Origin: Laetmonice hystrix
Taxonomy: Eukaryota
Length of the DNA stretch: 64,000 nucleotides
Direction of reading: 5' to 3'
Assembly (NCBI GenBank): GCA_965235115.1
Contig: OZ249436.1
Coordinates: forward strand, 22,134,001-22,198,000
Part shown: piece by piece, positions 1-11,721 of the stretch
Position numbering within the stretch: position 1 is the first letter of the stretch
How the letters are laid out: every line of letters starts with the position of its first letter
The notes under the pieces: generated by a model
Seen by the model: only the letters and a program-made list of their open reading frames with translations
Databases searched by the model: none
Told to the model about the DNA's origin: nothing
Position numbers and translations under genes: made by a program

Positions 1-1358
1 ATACTTCATACCAGAGTACGTTTGTATACTATGGTATACCACTTACACTCATCTAATGTCTCTCCTTCATCTTGCCATAATACAATGTTGTTCACTTGGT
101 CAGTATTCATACAGAAGAATGCCATTATCAAGACCATTATTTCCCGAGTGTGCTGAAATTGTAAATTGTGTGTCCGTTCGTGTAGTGGTAAACAAACGGC
201 AGCGAGAAGATTACATCGATGCCGAACATCGGTGGGCTTCAGGTTATCGTTCTGGAATGTTTATGTTGAGAGAAATCCGAGTGTGGCTTCCGCACACTGC
301 CCACAACGGAGCATCTCCAGTTTCTCGTGCCTTTAATCTCAAGGCCCAGCTAACCAGGGCTTCAGATACCGACTTCTTCATGTTAAAGACGTTGTTTTAT
401 CGCCCGGGGCTCCTAGCGTACGTCTATTTATTCTTACTTGCCGGGGGTAGAGCCCGTCTCCCTAATTTACTTATTTTAGATTAAGACGTGTGTTCTTATC
501 TCGGTGAGATAGGCGTCTGCCTCGTGTGATGGTAAGGTCTATTTGAGAGAACAAAGGTGCAAGCGTTCGTGTAGATATCAATATAGTGATACGCTTACGT
601 AACCCTTGTCTGTCCATTAAAATACGGGCTCTCTCGACATGGTAATCTAAGGACTGGCAGAGATAAGTTTGGCAACCCCTGAGGGCAGTGTTTCCCCGCT
701 GCTCAAACAAACTGGGCCGTGGTCCTCGTCTGTGTTGGCACCATCTAATTGGCCTGAAGTAATTCGGAGAATAATCAATTGTGCTGCCACGAGAAGTATC
801 ACTGATAACTGCATGAAATATTCCCCCTGCGAAATGATCATCAGTATGAGTCGACTGGTGTTGTTCTTCGTGCTACTTTCTCAAACAGTGCATCCGGTGA
901 CACATTGTGACGTCACATGTTGTGTGAACGCGCGTCTCTGGCCGGGACGTGTCGTCATGACGAGATCATGGCGGAGTGAGTGCTTGTCAAACAACACACT
1001 CCTGGCAACAGACAACGATTAAGCACTTTGATCAAAAGAAATCTATGAAAAATGCTTCTACGATATGATAACCCGAGGTCTCCCTGAATGCGATCCTTGT
1101 TCCGAGATTACCTTAAATAGCTCGATTTATACGTAACTTTTGTATCTGAGGATAAGCTATACCTACAATTAAGACAATGTCGTCAGCCGTCGTTTCACGC
1201 CTGATTTCTAGCGGCCAGACCCACCTGGCTGATGGCCAGGGAGGTAGGGCATGGTTGGTTTGGTGGCGAGGTCACAGACGCCGGCTGTCTGAAGCTGCCA
1301 AATCCTGGCCACCAACCCGTCATCGTCCTGCTAGCATTAGTTGGTCAGCTGACGTAGA

Positions 1359-1694
1359 GAGGTAGTTTTTATTTGGCGTGCCTCACGCAGCAGTGCGGAT
1401 GCGACACGTGCAGCGCGCTTTTCTAAGAAGAAGCCCTTGGTAATTTTTATGATTTGTCAGTGTCAGAAATGGTCGGTACAAACTCATCCACTACGACTGC
1501 CAAATGTCGTCCACATTCGCTTTGATTTTTCTCGCCGAACTACGCCTGTTGGCGAGAGTTGGCGGCACGTGCTGGTGGACACGTGGATACCGGAAGTGTC
1601 GCTTTGTCGTCGTGCGCATGCGTTTATCACGACTGACCGGGTTCTGTGTCTACCATTTCGGTGGGTCTGAGCCACGCCAAGACAAACTCGCCTC
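1359..1694. mobile_element. Small non-autonomous TIR element (MITE-like) upstream of the terminal exon
   Basis: Imperfect TIRs: left gaggtagtttttatttggcgtgcctca; right tgagccacgccaagacaaactcgcctc, whose reverse complement is gaggcgagtttgtcttggcgtggctca. No clear TSD. Confidence 0.4.
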
Positions 1695-1837
1695 ATGACT
1701 CGCCTCATGGATTCTCGTATTGTTATATCTTCCTCATCGATCAGCCCAGCCTGCTGAAGTGAGAGAGACTAGTCTTTGTTGTGATGGTATTTGTGAGTGC
1801 AATATCTAAACTATTGTTTTTGTTTGTTTTTGTCCAG

Positions 1838-1990
1838 GTGAATTCGTTCGATCACATGGATAATCTGTCAAACGGGTCGAGTTACCTGATGCATGATGAC
1901 GGCCTATCGCACCCTCCCACCTCCGTCTCTGACGACGTACCCGGAACGCCATCGGTAGGCTCAGAACTAGGAAGTCCCATGAGTCAATAA
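1838..1990 (+). CDS. Terminal coding exon, tentatively of a LIM-homeobox Islet-family gene (VNSFDHMDNLSNGSSYLMHDDGLSHPPTSVSDDVPGTPSVGSELGSPMSQ*); upstream exons lie outside the window or were not recognised
   Basis: Strong acceptor (tttttgtttgtttttgtccag|GTG), phase 0, open for 50 codons to TAA, followed by a UTR with poly(A) signals. Islet proteins have the motif FQQL-VN, and as I recall the last intron falls at QQL|VN, followed by a Ser/Pro-rich tail with a P-x-T-P motif. The family assignment is from memory, not a search. Confidence 0.5.
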   Translation: MNSFDHMDNLSNGSSYLMHDDGLSHPPTSVSDDVPGTPSVGSELGSPMSQ

Positions 1991-3372
1991 CCAAGATGGC
2001 GCCCTCGACTTATGTATAGCAGCCTTCTCCTCTGTGACGCCATCGTTCTCACGGGTCGTCGTCAAACCTGCCTCCGGATGACCTCAAAACAACCAGAAAG
2101 TTATTGTTATTGGCACAAAAGGATAGATACAACGTCTGGTCCGGCACGACTTCGCGGTGCTCGGGTCTTTGCTAGGCCGTTGTCATGGGTAACAAACTTG
2201 GTGACGCTATCAGGGGCGGATGTACATAGTGAAAGTGGCCGTGCACGGTCCAGTTATGACGGTCCAATCAGTGAATAGAATCTCCGACATCTCATCGTGA
2301 ATGTTCATGTATAGATTTGAGATGGGTTGAAATGGGTGATTTTTGAGTTGAATCATCCAGCTTCCAAAAATAGCATTTCATCTAAAGCCGAGAACCCTCA
2401 CGTTTCCCCCAACAAATCCGCCCCTGTTGTTGCATATCCTTGTGCTACAGAGACATTGTGGAGACTCAGCTCAAAGTCAGATGTCCTAGTGGACACTCGC
2501 CAACTCAGCGTTCGAGGGTTCGCGGATCAATGATACAGACTTTAAGACTACAAAACGCTGTACGGACTTCTGCTAGCGCCGCACGTGTACCTGTCATGAC
2601 TTCGCGCGTCAGCCTGGATCATTTTCAAGGATTTCGACTTTCATGCAGCGGGTGAACCTTCAGCAAAAAAAACACTCCGAAATGGATACAAAAAAACAAT
2701 GTGAAACATGCCAAGCCAAGCTTCAGGGCGGACAGAGAATCTCTCTCATACATTATGCGATCTTACCTATAGTTGTCAAAAGAAGAATGTGTCTTTCTGT
2801 GTTTCGTCGTGTGTTAGAGACAATTCGTGTGCGCCAGTTACGTAACCTGTACAAAAGATGTTTAAATGTGGAGGGCGGTCGGACGGAGCTCGATGAGTAC
2901 TGTATGTTTATTTTGTGGGGACGCTGCGTCTGTGACGTAACGTATGACGGCAGCTCTGGACGCTACGTTCGTGACGTAACGCATGACGTCAGCTCTGGCT
3001 GCCTCATAAAACCATCATCATGCATAGTTACCCATTCCATTACTTGCCTGTCCGGCGCTTATGACCCCCCCAAAAAAACCCTGGGTAATTCTTTCTCAAA
3101 TCTCATGTTCCCGAATTTCTATTTATGACGTAGAAGAATGGCGACACGAGGGTCACAGTTTACATGTGATTCCCATGGAATTGTTTGATATGAAATCATC
3201 TCATTTTACTAACTTATGTGTTCATTTCAATCAAACCATACAATCAAGCTCATCATCATCGTATATATCATTTACTTCATCGTCAGCAGATCATCTGCCA
3301 CGTTATTTATCACAAAACGATTGCTATAAACTCGATATTCACTCGAAGAGGAACCTTTAACTGGATTGACTT

Positions 3373-3450
3373 AATAAAATGAAATTAATAAACATCTAAA
3401 ACTAAACCTCTGGTATTTGGTCGTGTTGTTTTCAGTGTAGACGTGTTTCC
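3373..3450 (+). terminator. Polyadenylation signal region for the upstream terminal exon
   Basis: AATAAA at 3373-3378 and 3387-3392, followed by a GT/T-rich downstream element (ggtatttggtcgtgttgttttcagtgt). Confidence 0.5.
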
Positions 3451-5766
3451 TGCATGAGTGAGAAATAGACGTTGATACAGGACAAGTGATACCCCTGGAC
3501 ACCAGGATTGTTCGCTCTCGCTGGGGCATGTGAAAGGGACAGTTAAGGGGGTATTGTGGGAGAATAGAAACAGTTGACCCCTGGGGCTAGACGGTTCCCG
3601 AGAGGACTCTATACGTGCTGGTTACTCACGTTGTTCTTAGCGTATGCGGACTTTTTTCCGGTTCGATGAATTTGATAGATAAATACAGCTTTAGCGGGGA
3701 CCGAATCGTGAAGTTTATTTGCACGTCACTTCATGCCCGGACCATTCAGTTGAACGTCGCTATCCGTTCTCACCCCACGCGAGTTCTGTCAGGAGTAGAT
3801 TTAAAACAACATGACGATTTCACTGAGTTCGAAAATAAAGAGTTTATGTCTTCAGCGGTTTCCTGTGTCAGGGCTTACGGCCGTGTTTGGTTAAAGGTAT
3901 TTCAAAGTGACGCAATGAAGAACAATAACCGTGAGGGCATAGATATAAGGGATTGTTGAATATAGAACAATTGTGTCCTTACTCAACCCACCCGTTTTAA
4001 TTTATTCGCTGCATGTTGCAAAGTATACGAAATATAAATATAAAAAGCTGCAAGTATCTCTGAAGTTTAAAATGAGAAGGCTATATAACAACAAATATAA
4101 AGTAACATAGTTCCCCCAACGAGCAGGGTTTAGGGTAACCAGACTCGCTGATATCGCCTTCGAGACCAAAAGTTTAGCGTTTCTAGAATGACTAACATCA
4201 ACTGAAGCTGTTTTGTGTAGGTATCGCAGTGCAACCCGTCGATGCGTTGAATTCTGAAGTGAAGATTTCGGACAGGCGTCGAAAGGCGCGCCATATACAT
4301 GTACTGCCGTCGCGCTCTCAAATTTTCAAAGCACCATGCACATTTTGAAAGGAGCAGACGACGCCGAATGTCGAGTCGCGCGGCGCTCAGTGCACGCACC
4401 GTAACAATGGCGGTATTTTAACCGTAGTTATCGACTCGCTATCCGTGAATAACCTCCCTGGATACCTATCGCTGCCCCTTCACGCCCGCCAAATTGAAAG
4501 ATTGACTTTGCTCAGACGATATTTTATACACCGAGGTAGACGCCTGCCATTCCGCCCTGTTTCAAAGTATTTATTTTCTGACGTTAGCACCTTTTGTTGA
4601 GCGGTCTGTAATTAAATTACGCTTTCTTCCATGCTGTTTATTGGCCGCGCCATGACCACCATGCGTGCCCGTGTCATTTAAAGAAGACTCGCCGACGTTG
4701 ATTATAGCCTGTTAATTGTCTCTACGATTGGTCTGGAATTGAGTTAGGGGGCAATGGGGCACCGGCCGCACCCCAAGCCCTGATCGACCCGAGAGATAGG
4801 CAGAGTGAATGGAGAGCTATAGATGGCTGGGCAATGAATGGTTCGGGCCCAGGCCAGCCGGGACTTAGAGGGTCAGTGTGACAGGGTTGTGAATCAGGCC
4901 TTGAAAACCTATGGCGCCAGTTCGTATATAGAGACCGCGGTGAAGGCGAACTTCTAGGAACACACACCTTTATGAGAGGAGGTGAATACCTGCAAACCGC
5001 AGGTGTTTCCCATTTACTACAAAGGGCACCTTTAATTGTCGATTTTAGAAAGGAGAAAGTCTTTTATCTGGGTGTTCGCCATCATAACGTTTGCCTATAG
5101 CATCAGGCTTACGTCGTACTGAAGAAGGAAGGGGATAGTCCTGCTTTACAATAGATTCCAGCACCGGTTTCATACATTTAGCCTATCTATTATACACAAT
5201 TATTCCTCTAACATAATGGTTAACCCCTTTAAATCGCTCACAGCCGTTCTTTTGTCTAACGGGGCCATGTTACATGGCACTCCAAACCTACATCTAATAG
5301 TAATGATGGTAAGGGTTTCCCACTACCGTCTGAGCGCGAGCACCGACCGGAGCGCCTCTCCCACCCGACCCCGGCCTCCAACCCTACGTTTGGCCGACGC
5401 AGGTGGTCGGGTTCTACGCTCGGGGATTAAAACCACGCACCCGTCCTTTTCTTCACTCCATTGCCGTCCCAAATTTACCCGACGTAAACCCCCCAACCAC
5501 AAAACCTTTCCGCCAAACCAGATACGTCGCCTCCTTTGTGGAGCACTATTTTACCGTAATAGGATCAGTTGTGTGACGATTGTGTCGCAGGGCGGCCCCG
5601 ACCCGCCAGCTGAGGTGGCGGCCGGTTATAAGCCTGCTTTGCCCGGTCGCCCTAGGCCTGGGACCGGCCGAGCATACCGAGCGGCCTAAGCCGATTTTGT
5701 CTTCAGGGAGGTAGAAGGAGGGATGGTCTGTAGGAGAGGGGGGGCTAACACACGGACACTACTCAC

Positions 5767-5874
5767 TGTTGTGAATAGCAATAGGGTGGTGGCGTTTGGT
5801 GTCTGACTCAGCCTATTCATACTCCCAGTCGGAGAATGGAGGCCCCATATTGTGTGAGGAGAACCTGCACAAGC
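5767..5874 (-). CDS. Candidate internal exon, unassigned (ACAGSPHTIWGLHSPTGSMNRLSQTPNATTLLLFTT)
   Basis: Acceptor ttatttcag| and consensus donor |gtgagt; 108 nt, phase 0/0, open frame. No homology recognised. Confidence 0.25.
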
Positions 5875-8060
5875 CTGAAATAACGTTCGACTGGAGGTAA
5901 ATTTTACGATGACAGGTCAGAGACTTAGGGCATGTGGTGTTAATACACCAACCGACCGTTACACTGCCACTTATAAATATTATACCCTGACATAACTTGG
6001 GCAAAATAACATACATAAATATTGTCCAAATTCTCTCGATGGTAGCCAAACCTCAGAGAGAAATGCTAAACATGTTTAAAAGATCATGCTGAGAAAAGCA
6101 TGATGCATATAAAAGAAACACTTTTTTATTAGTCCCTAAACAATAATCTCTTATGTTTAGTAAGATGGCAAGTCATATCTACGTTATGAACTTGTATCTC
6201 CGTTGCCATCCCGAAGTTTGTGGGCCTGTTTCAATGTAAAACAAAAGGAAAAATAGGTGTCAGTTTCTACCGCGTCCACACATGCGAGACAGCAGTAGTA
6301 TATGGAAAGAGTGGTTTAATGAAGGCTATAAAATAATGTAACACTACACTAAAACGCGTGTGCTACAGTCTATAATATACTATTATTATCAGAATTGATT
6401 TTTCACGTTTCTAAATATGTTTTTGCTTTGCTATATACTTCAGTATACGATTTCTAAAAAAAAACATACTTCGTCTTACGTTCCATTCCCTTGCCACATT
6501 CAGTGGTACAAATGTAAACACGCTCACGTTGTTTACTCTTGACGTTCGGCCCGCCATCGTACAGAATCCATGGCCTATATTATAAACCATGTATAGTATA
6601 GAATAATGCTGGTGGCTGCAGGAAGCCAGATTGTCTGATCAGAAGGACAGAAAATACCACGCTAGAACGCTGTGATTTTCGAGAACGCTTACAGTCACAA
6701 GTATCGATCGTGTAGGCAAGGCTTTTTACGGAGCGTCCCACGCTAATCGGTCAGGGCGTCCCCACTCCCCGGCCCCTTTTGTCTACAAATTGTATGGGTG
6801 CACCTTCAAATTAGACGCTGCTAACGCCCCACCCCTGTCACTGTTTCCTCCCAGAGACACTGGCCTAATGGAAGCGTACGAACGAACCCGTTCCACTGTT
6901 AGCCCCAGCAAACAGCCTACAGACGGACCCTTTGTGGCACAGTGTAAGAACCACCGACCTCGACTGGATATTCCCATGTGAAGTGGTCCTTGTAGGCGCG
7001 CCGCAGTAAGGCGCAGCACACTCGAGCTTGCTGACATAAAAACTGTATTAAAATGTCGACATTTTAATAACCCACCGGTCACGTGCCGGTGAATTGTGCC
7101 ACTAATCTGTCGCAAACGTGTGATTAACTGATGTTACACGTGGGATTAGTAGATTTTCATGGGACGTTGAATATTTAATGGAGAGTAAAGATGTTGGAGG
7201 GACGGGAAGGAGTGAGACTATCCCTCCATCAGTCATGTTGACGTCACACGGTCGGGGCACGCCGCCCGGCGGGTACACAGGGCAGTACTATACTATTCCC
7301 CACTCTTCTATACCCAACAAAGTATCATCTTCAAATCCCGTCCTCCCGTCTCGGGTTACTTGGACATTGAAGCAGATAAAGACTCGAAACAAATATTGTA
7401 CGTAGGCGTTGCTCGAATATCCCCTCATATGCGGTTGTATACATGTAAATATAGATGTACGTACATGGAAGTATTATGTAGGTCAATAGATCTATGTATT
7501 ATGAATCGTCTATACTCGGCGTCCCACACCTGAGTTCCCCCTTGGTACAGATACGATGAAAGCTGTGTAGAATCTGCAGGGCCATTGTGGTTTAGCTGTT
7601 AGAATTCGTTTATTTACATGATTGAGTACAGAACGGTTAGACATTAACAAAGTTACTTTCAATCAATGTGTCTCAGATCGAAAGTGTTACAAGCGTGAAT
7701 AATGAGGTACAAAGGTGGCTTACGTTGAAGTAATTATGACGGTGAAACCTACACGGGCGATGTGCCGTGGCTAGCGGCGTTTTCCATGTTTACACGGATT
7801 AGTGAAGTCTGTCCCCTGTGGTCCGGGCGTTGTGATGATTTCAATTATTAGAAAATTTAATAATCCACCTCGTCTTTCATTACGGCCAGGCCTGACGAGG
7901 CGGCGACTGGGACCAACTGACGATTAAAGTTGGGACAGTCTTTGTGCACGTATTGTCAGTCCCAATTGTCTCAGTGAGACTCCAACACCCCCCACTCCCC
8001 ACCCCTCCCACCCCCAACCCACACACACACCCCTCCGAGCCACACGTCTGCTACCCTATA

Positions 8061-8140
8061 CACTTGACCACACTAACAATATTATGTGAATGTGTATGCA
8101 CACTTGACCACACTGACAATATTATGTGAATGTGTATGCA
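8061..8140. repeat. 40-bp tandem duplication (x2)
   Basis: cacttgaccacact(a/g)acaatattatgtgaatgtgtatgca occurs twice. Confidence 0.9.
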
Positions 8141-9118
8141 CACACTAAAGCGACCACTCATTATTGAATCCTTTCAATTGGGATTTCTGAAGGAGAACAT
8201 GATACTTGGAGAATACTCCAGGCAGACAGATTGTTTGTTTCGGGTGTGCACGCCGTTTTATGGACTCTCCCACAAAATCCTAGAATGTGTGTGGTCTGTA
8301 GTAAATGAGCCTTGAAGGCGTCTGCCTTTAGTTCGAGCCACCGACTGTGGCGTAGGAATCCATCAAGGAAACAACCCACATCGTATTTTAGTTGAGACGA
8401 CCTGTACGTGAGGCGTATCCTGTGGTCGTTATTTTGACCACTTTTGGAAGGCCTTGGATCTTAGAGCACGTCGCACGTATTTAGTGTGATCGTGTACTCA
8501 GTGACACGCCGGCAGTCAGGACGTTGTATCGTCACCCCGGTAACGTACGTCACCACCCGGTCGTCAGTGGAGAGTGTCGGGAGGGAGGGTGAGGGTGAGG
8601 TGGTGTGAATACCATGTCGGTGTACCCATGCTGGTGACAGGCCCGCTCCGCTACCTCATCAATCACCAGCGCCCTCTACCGTCAGCGCCCCTACAACAAG
8701 TGTTGGCGCTCACTCGGAAGCGAGCAGTGCACATTGATGTATGAACAGACGATGTGCCGTAATGCTGGACGAATTTTTTTTTTCGCTCTTCTATTTTTTA
8801 AATGAAATATCTAACATTGTTAGAGCACAGATATGTTATGTGACATGGCACAAGGAGACCAGCGGGACGTGCCTCAACACCTTGCCCCCCACGAAGAATC
8901 TAGTCAGTCGCTGATAGTGACAATAGTTTCAAGTTACGTATACTATTTGTGTTATGTGTCTTACTTAAACGTTCTTTATTCAGAGTTTAATCTATTCAAA
9001 ATATATCGGCATATAGCCTTAATGATCTATGTCTACATTAGTAGGGGTAATTATTATTATATTTAAATAGGATTATGGTCTCCCTGACAAGCCACAGGTA
9101 TAGCATGGCCAAAAGGGA

Positions 9119-9467
9119 CATTTGCCCCCCGGACATCTGCCCCCGGACTTCTGCCCCCTAGGAATCTGCCCCCGAGACATTCGCCCCCGGACATTAACCC
9201 CTATAGTACTTCTGCTCCCCTAGGACCCTAACTTAACCCTAACCCTAACTCTAACCCTGTCCTACGGGTAGTACTTCTGCCCCCCTAGGACATCTGCCCC
9301 CAGACATTAGGTGGGCAGATGTCCTACAAGGGTTAATGTCCGTCGGGTGAATGTCTGGGGGGCAGATGTCCTAGGGGGCAGAAGTCCTCCGGGGGCAAAT
9401 CTCCGGGGGGCAAAAATCCGGGGGAAAATGGTCGGGGGGATGATGTACGGGGGACGGGGGGCAAATG
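9119..9467. mobile_element. Foldback/palindromic non-autonomous element with subrepeats and an internal (CCCTAA)-like tract
   Basis: Ends catttgcccccc ... ggggggcaaatg. The left arm has repeated ggacatctgccccc motifs, mirrored on the right as gggggcagatgtcc. The interior contains aaccctaaccctaactctaaccct. Confidence 0.65.
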
Positions 9468-9572
9468 CCATAGAATCGACTAAAAGTAACAAATATTAAA
9501 TACAGACTTCGGATATTCTCCCTCTCTTTCCCTCTCTCACTCTGTCTCACATTCTCCCTCTCTCACTATCTC

Positions 9573-9736
9573 NNNNNNNNNNNNNNNNNNNNNNNNNNNN
9601 NNNNNNNNNNNNNNNNNNNNNNNNNNNNNNNNNNNNNNNNNNNNNNNNNNNNNNNNNNNNNNNNNNNNNNNNNNNNNNNNNNNNNNNNNNNNNNNNNNNN
9701 NNNNNNNNNNNNNNNNNNNNNNNNNNNNNNNNNNNN
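9573..9736. other. Assembly gap (N run) following a CT-rich microsatellite
   Basis: Run of n characters. Confidence 0.98.
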
Positions 9737-11491
9737 GTTAGAGCGGGTCGTGGTGATTTGTTTTATCTGATCACATGAGTAGGACTGGGAGAGATGGATC
9801 TCAGCCTGTCTGTGGTCCCAACATCCATGTACAGTGACGTAAGGTTACCCTGACCGGCCGTCGTTTATCACTCACCCCTCCCGGCATGTGATCCCCCCCC
9901 CAACTACCCTACCCTCCTGCCCCTCCTCCTCCTCCATCTCCACTGCCGTATCTCATGTTGGAGTCCCGGTTACATGTGTAAGTTGTGGGGCCGTGGGGCT
10001 GGGCAGTGCTGGAGCTCGGCCATATCTGCCTGGTCCACATCGCGGCTGTTTGCTTTAGGCGCAAACTGACCCGCTACCACAGTCTGCCCCAAGTGGAGCC
10101 CACGTGCAGCTGTTGATGTGGACGTTATACGTACAACAATACACAGATCGACCAAGGTCAGGGGCCACAGGCCAAGGTCTCAGACTCACTCGGTGGGCTA
10201 GCTCAGAATGACAACAACGTTTAGTGGTATTGGGACCCAGAGTCTGGTAAGACTGATTGGTACGCGGAGGGAGGAGAGCATACGCTATATTTTATGCTCA
10301 CTTAAAGGAGTCAAGTGTTTTGTCCAACTTCATTCTTTCACATGTACACATGTACATGTATCATTATATTTCAAGTGTAATAATTCAGCCTAGATTGCAA
10401 TACCATCGATTGGATGTACACTTGCTAGTTCAGTGATTGCACAACAAATAATATGATTTTGTAGGTTTTGATTTTGTACTTTTTTTTATACAATCATGTC
10501 TCATGTATATGTTTTTCTTAAAGCAATCCAAAATGGAGACATGGGCTGTCGGGTTAGATAAGACATTAGACTAGGCCTACATGAATCAATAAATGTTTAC
10601 CCAGAGAAATGGAGAAATCTAATGAAATTCAATAATTCCAGTTGCCCGTTGTCGTCATGAAGCGAACGTCTCATGGCTGGTTGTTGATCTGGCATTGACT
10701 TGAACAGCCCATGAAATTAATTGGGCAATGAACCGGTGAACCGATGAAGCGATGAACAGATGTCTCCATTTTGGAGTCATTGAAATGAGAGCTAGTCTGT
10801 GATTGCTTTAAGGGTATAGAGAGAAGAACACTACGCATGAGCGTCAGACTTAACTCACCTAACAGTTCAATTGTTCCAACGCACAAATTATTAAGTACCG
10901 AAGTGCAATCGACCCCCGGCTCGAAGATTAGGCCATGCACATAAAAAATACTTGTTTAGCGTCCCCGCCCGACCTGAGAAATGTCCCCGACCTAGATTTT
11001 ATTTTATTTTTTATTTTTCAAAGCAACCTGTAAACCTGTCAAAACAACGTTTCCCCACCTATTTAGAACTGTACAGGTTTAGCTTTCACTGGAACAAAGA
11101 TTTAAACAGCAATATTTTCATGTTTTCTTCTTCAATTTCTAGCACTAAAACAAGTATTTTTTTGTGTGGCCTTAATGGCAATCGCATATCATAAGGTATC
11201 GTGCCCAATACCAACTACATGTACACCACTGACACCTCCTAAAACGATGGTGAAGCAGAACAATTGACCCCTACACATCATGTTACGGAATCCATGTGTC
11301 CTATAGATGGGCTATACATCATTTTGAGGACCCATTCCGATATTAAACTATAGTTCTGGCACTGGTTTCGTGTATATTATGGTATATAAAAGTTCTCTAT
11401 CATTGAGCACGACAGCATGAGTATGGATGAATGCAACATGATAGGTTAATAATTATATTGGATGCACACTATAATGAGGTACAAAAATGTA

Positions 11492-11721
11492 TATAATAGA
11501 TAGATAGAAAGAACGGGTACATTAGTATTTATTGAGAACGTCTCCGAATACTTTCTGTTATAGGATTCTGGTTCTCGATCAGACTACTGGTCGCATAGAA
11601 ACGTATAATAGATAGATATAAAGAACGGGTACATTGTGTACATGTTTATTGAGAAGGTCTCCGAATACTTTCTGTTATAGGATTCTGGTTCTCGATCAGA
11701 ATACCTGTCGCATAGAAACGT
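11492..11721. repeat. ~115-bp tandem duplication (x2)
   Basis: gatagata..aagaacgggtacatt...ccgaatactttctgttataggattctggttctcgatcaga...gtcgcatagaaacgt occurs twice. Confidence 0.85.

Noticed and set aside
4879-5100. Open frame containing LIVDFRKEKVFYLGV, reminiscent of Rex1/L2 RT
   Set aside because: The spacing between the DFRK and LGV motifs is far too short, and there is no surrounding RT similarity.
5300-7930. Hammerhead/HDV-like ribozymes in GC-rich stretches (e.g. ctgacga at ~7892)
   Set aside because: No downstream GAAA core with the required helices could be built by eye; a covariance-model search would be needed.
9970-10109. Possible minus-strand terminal exon (ARGLHLGQTVVAGQFAPK…LHM*)
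   Set aside because: Poor polypyrimidine tract and no recognisable homology.
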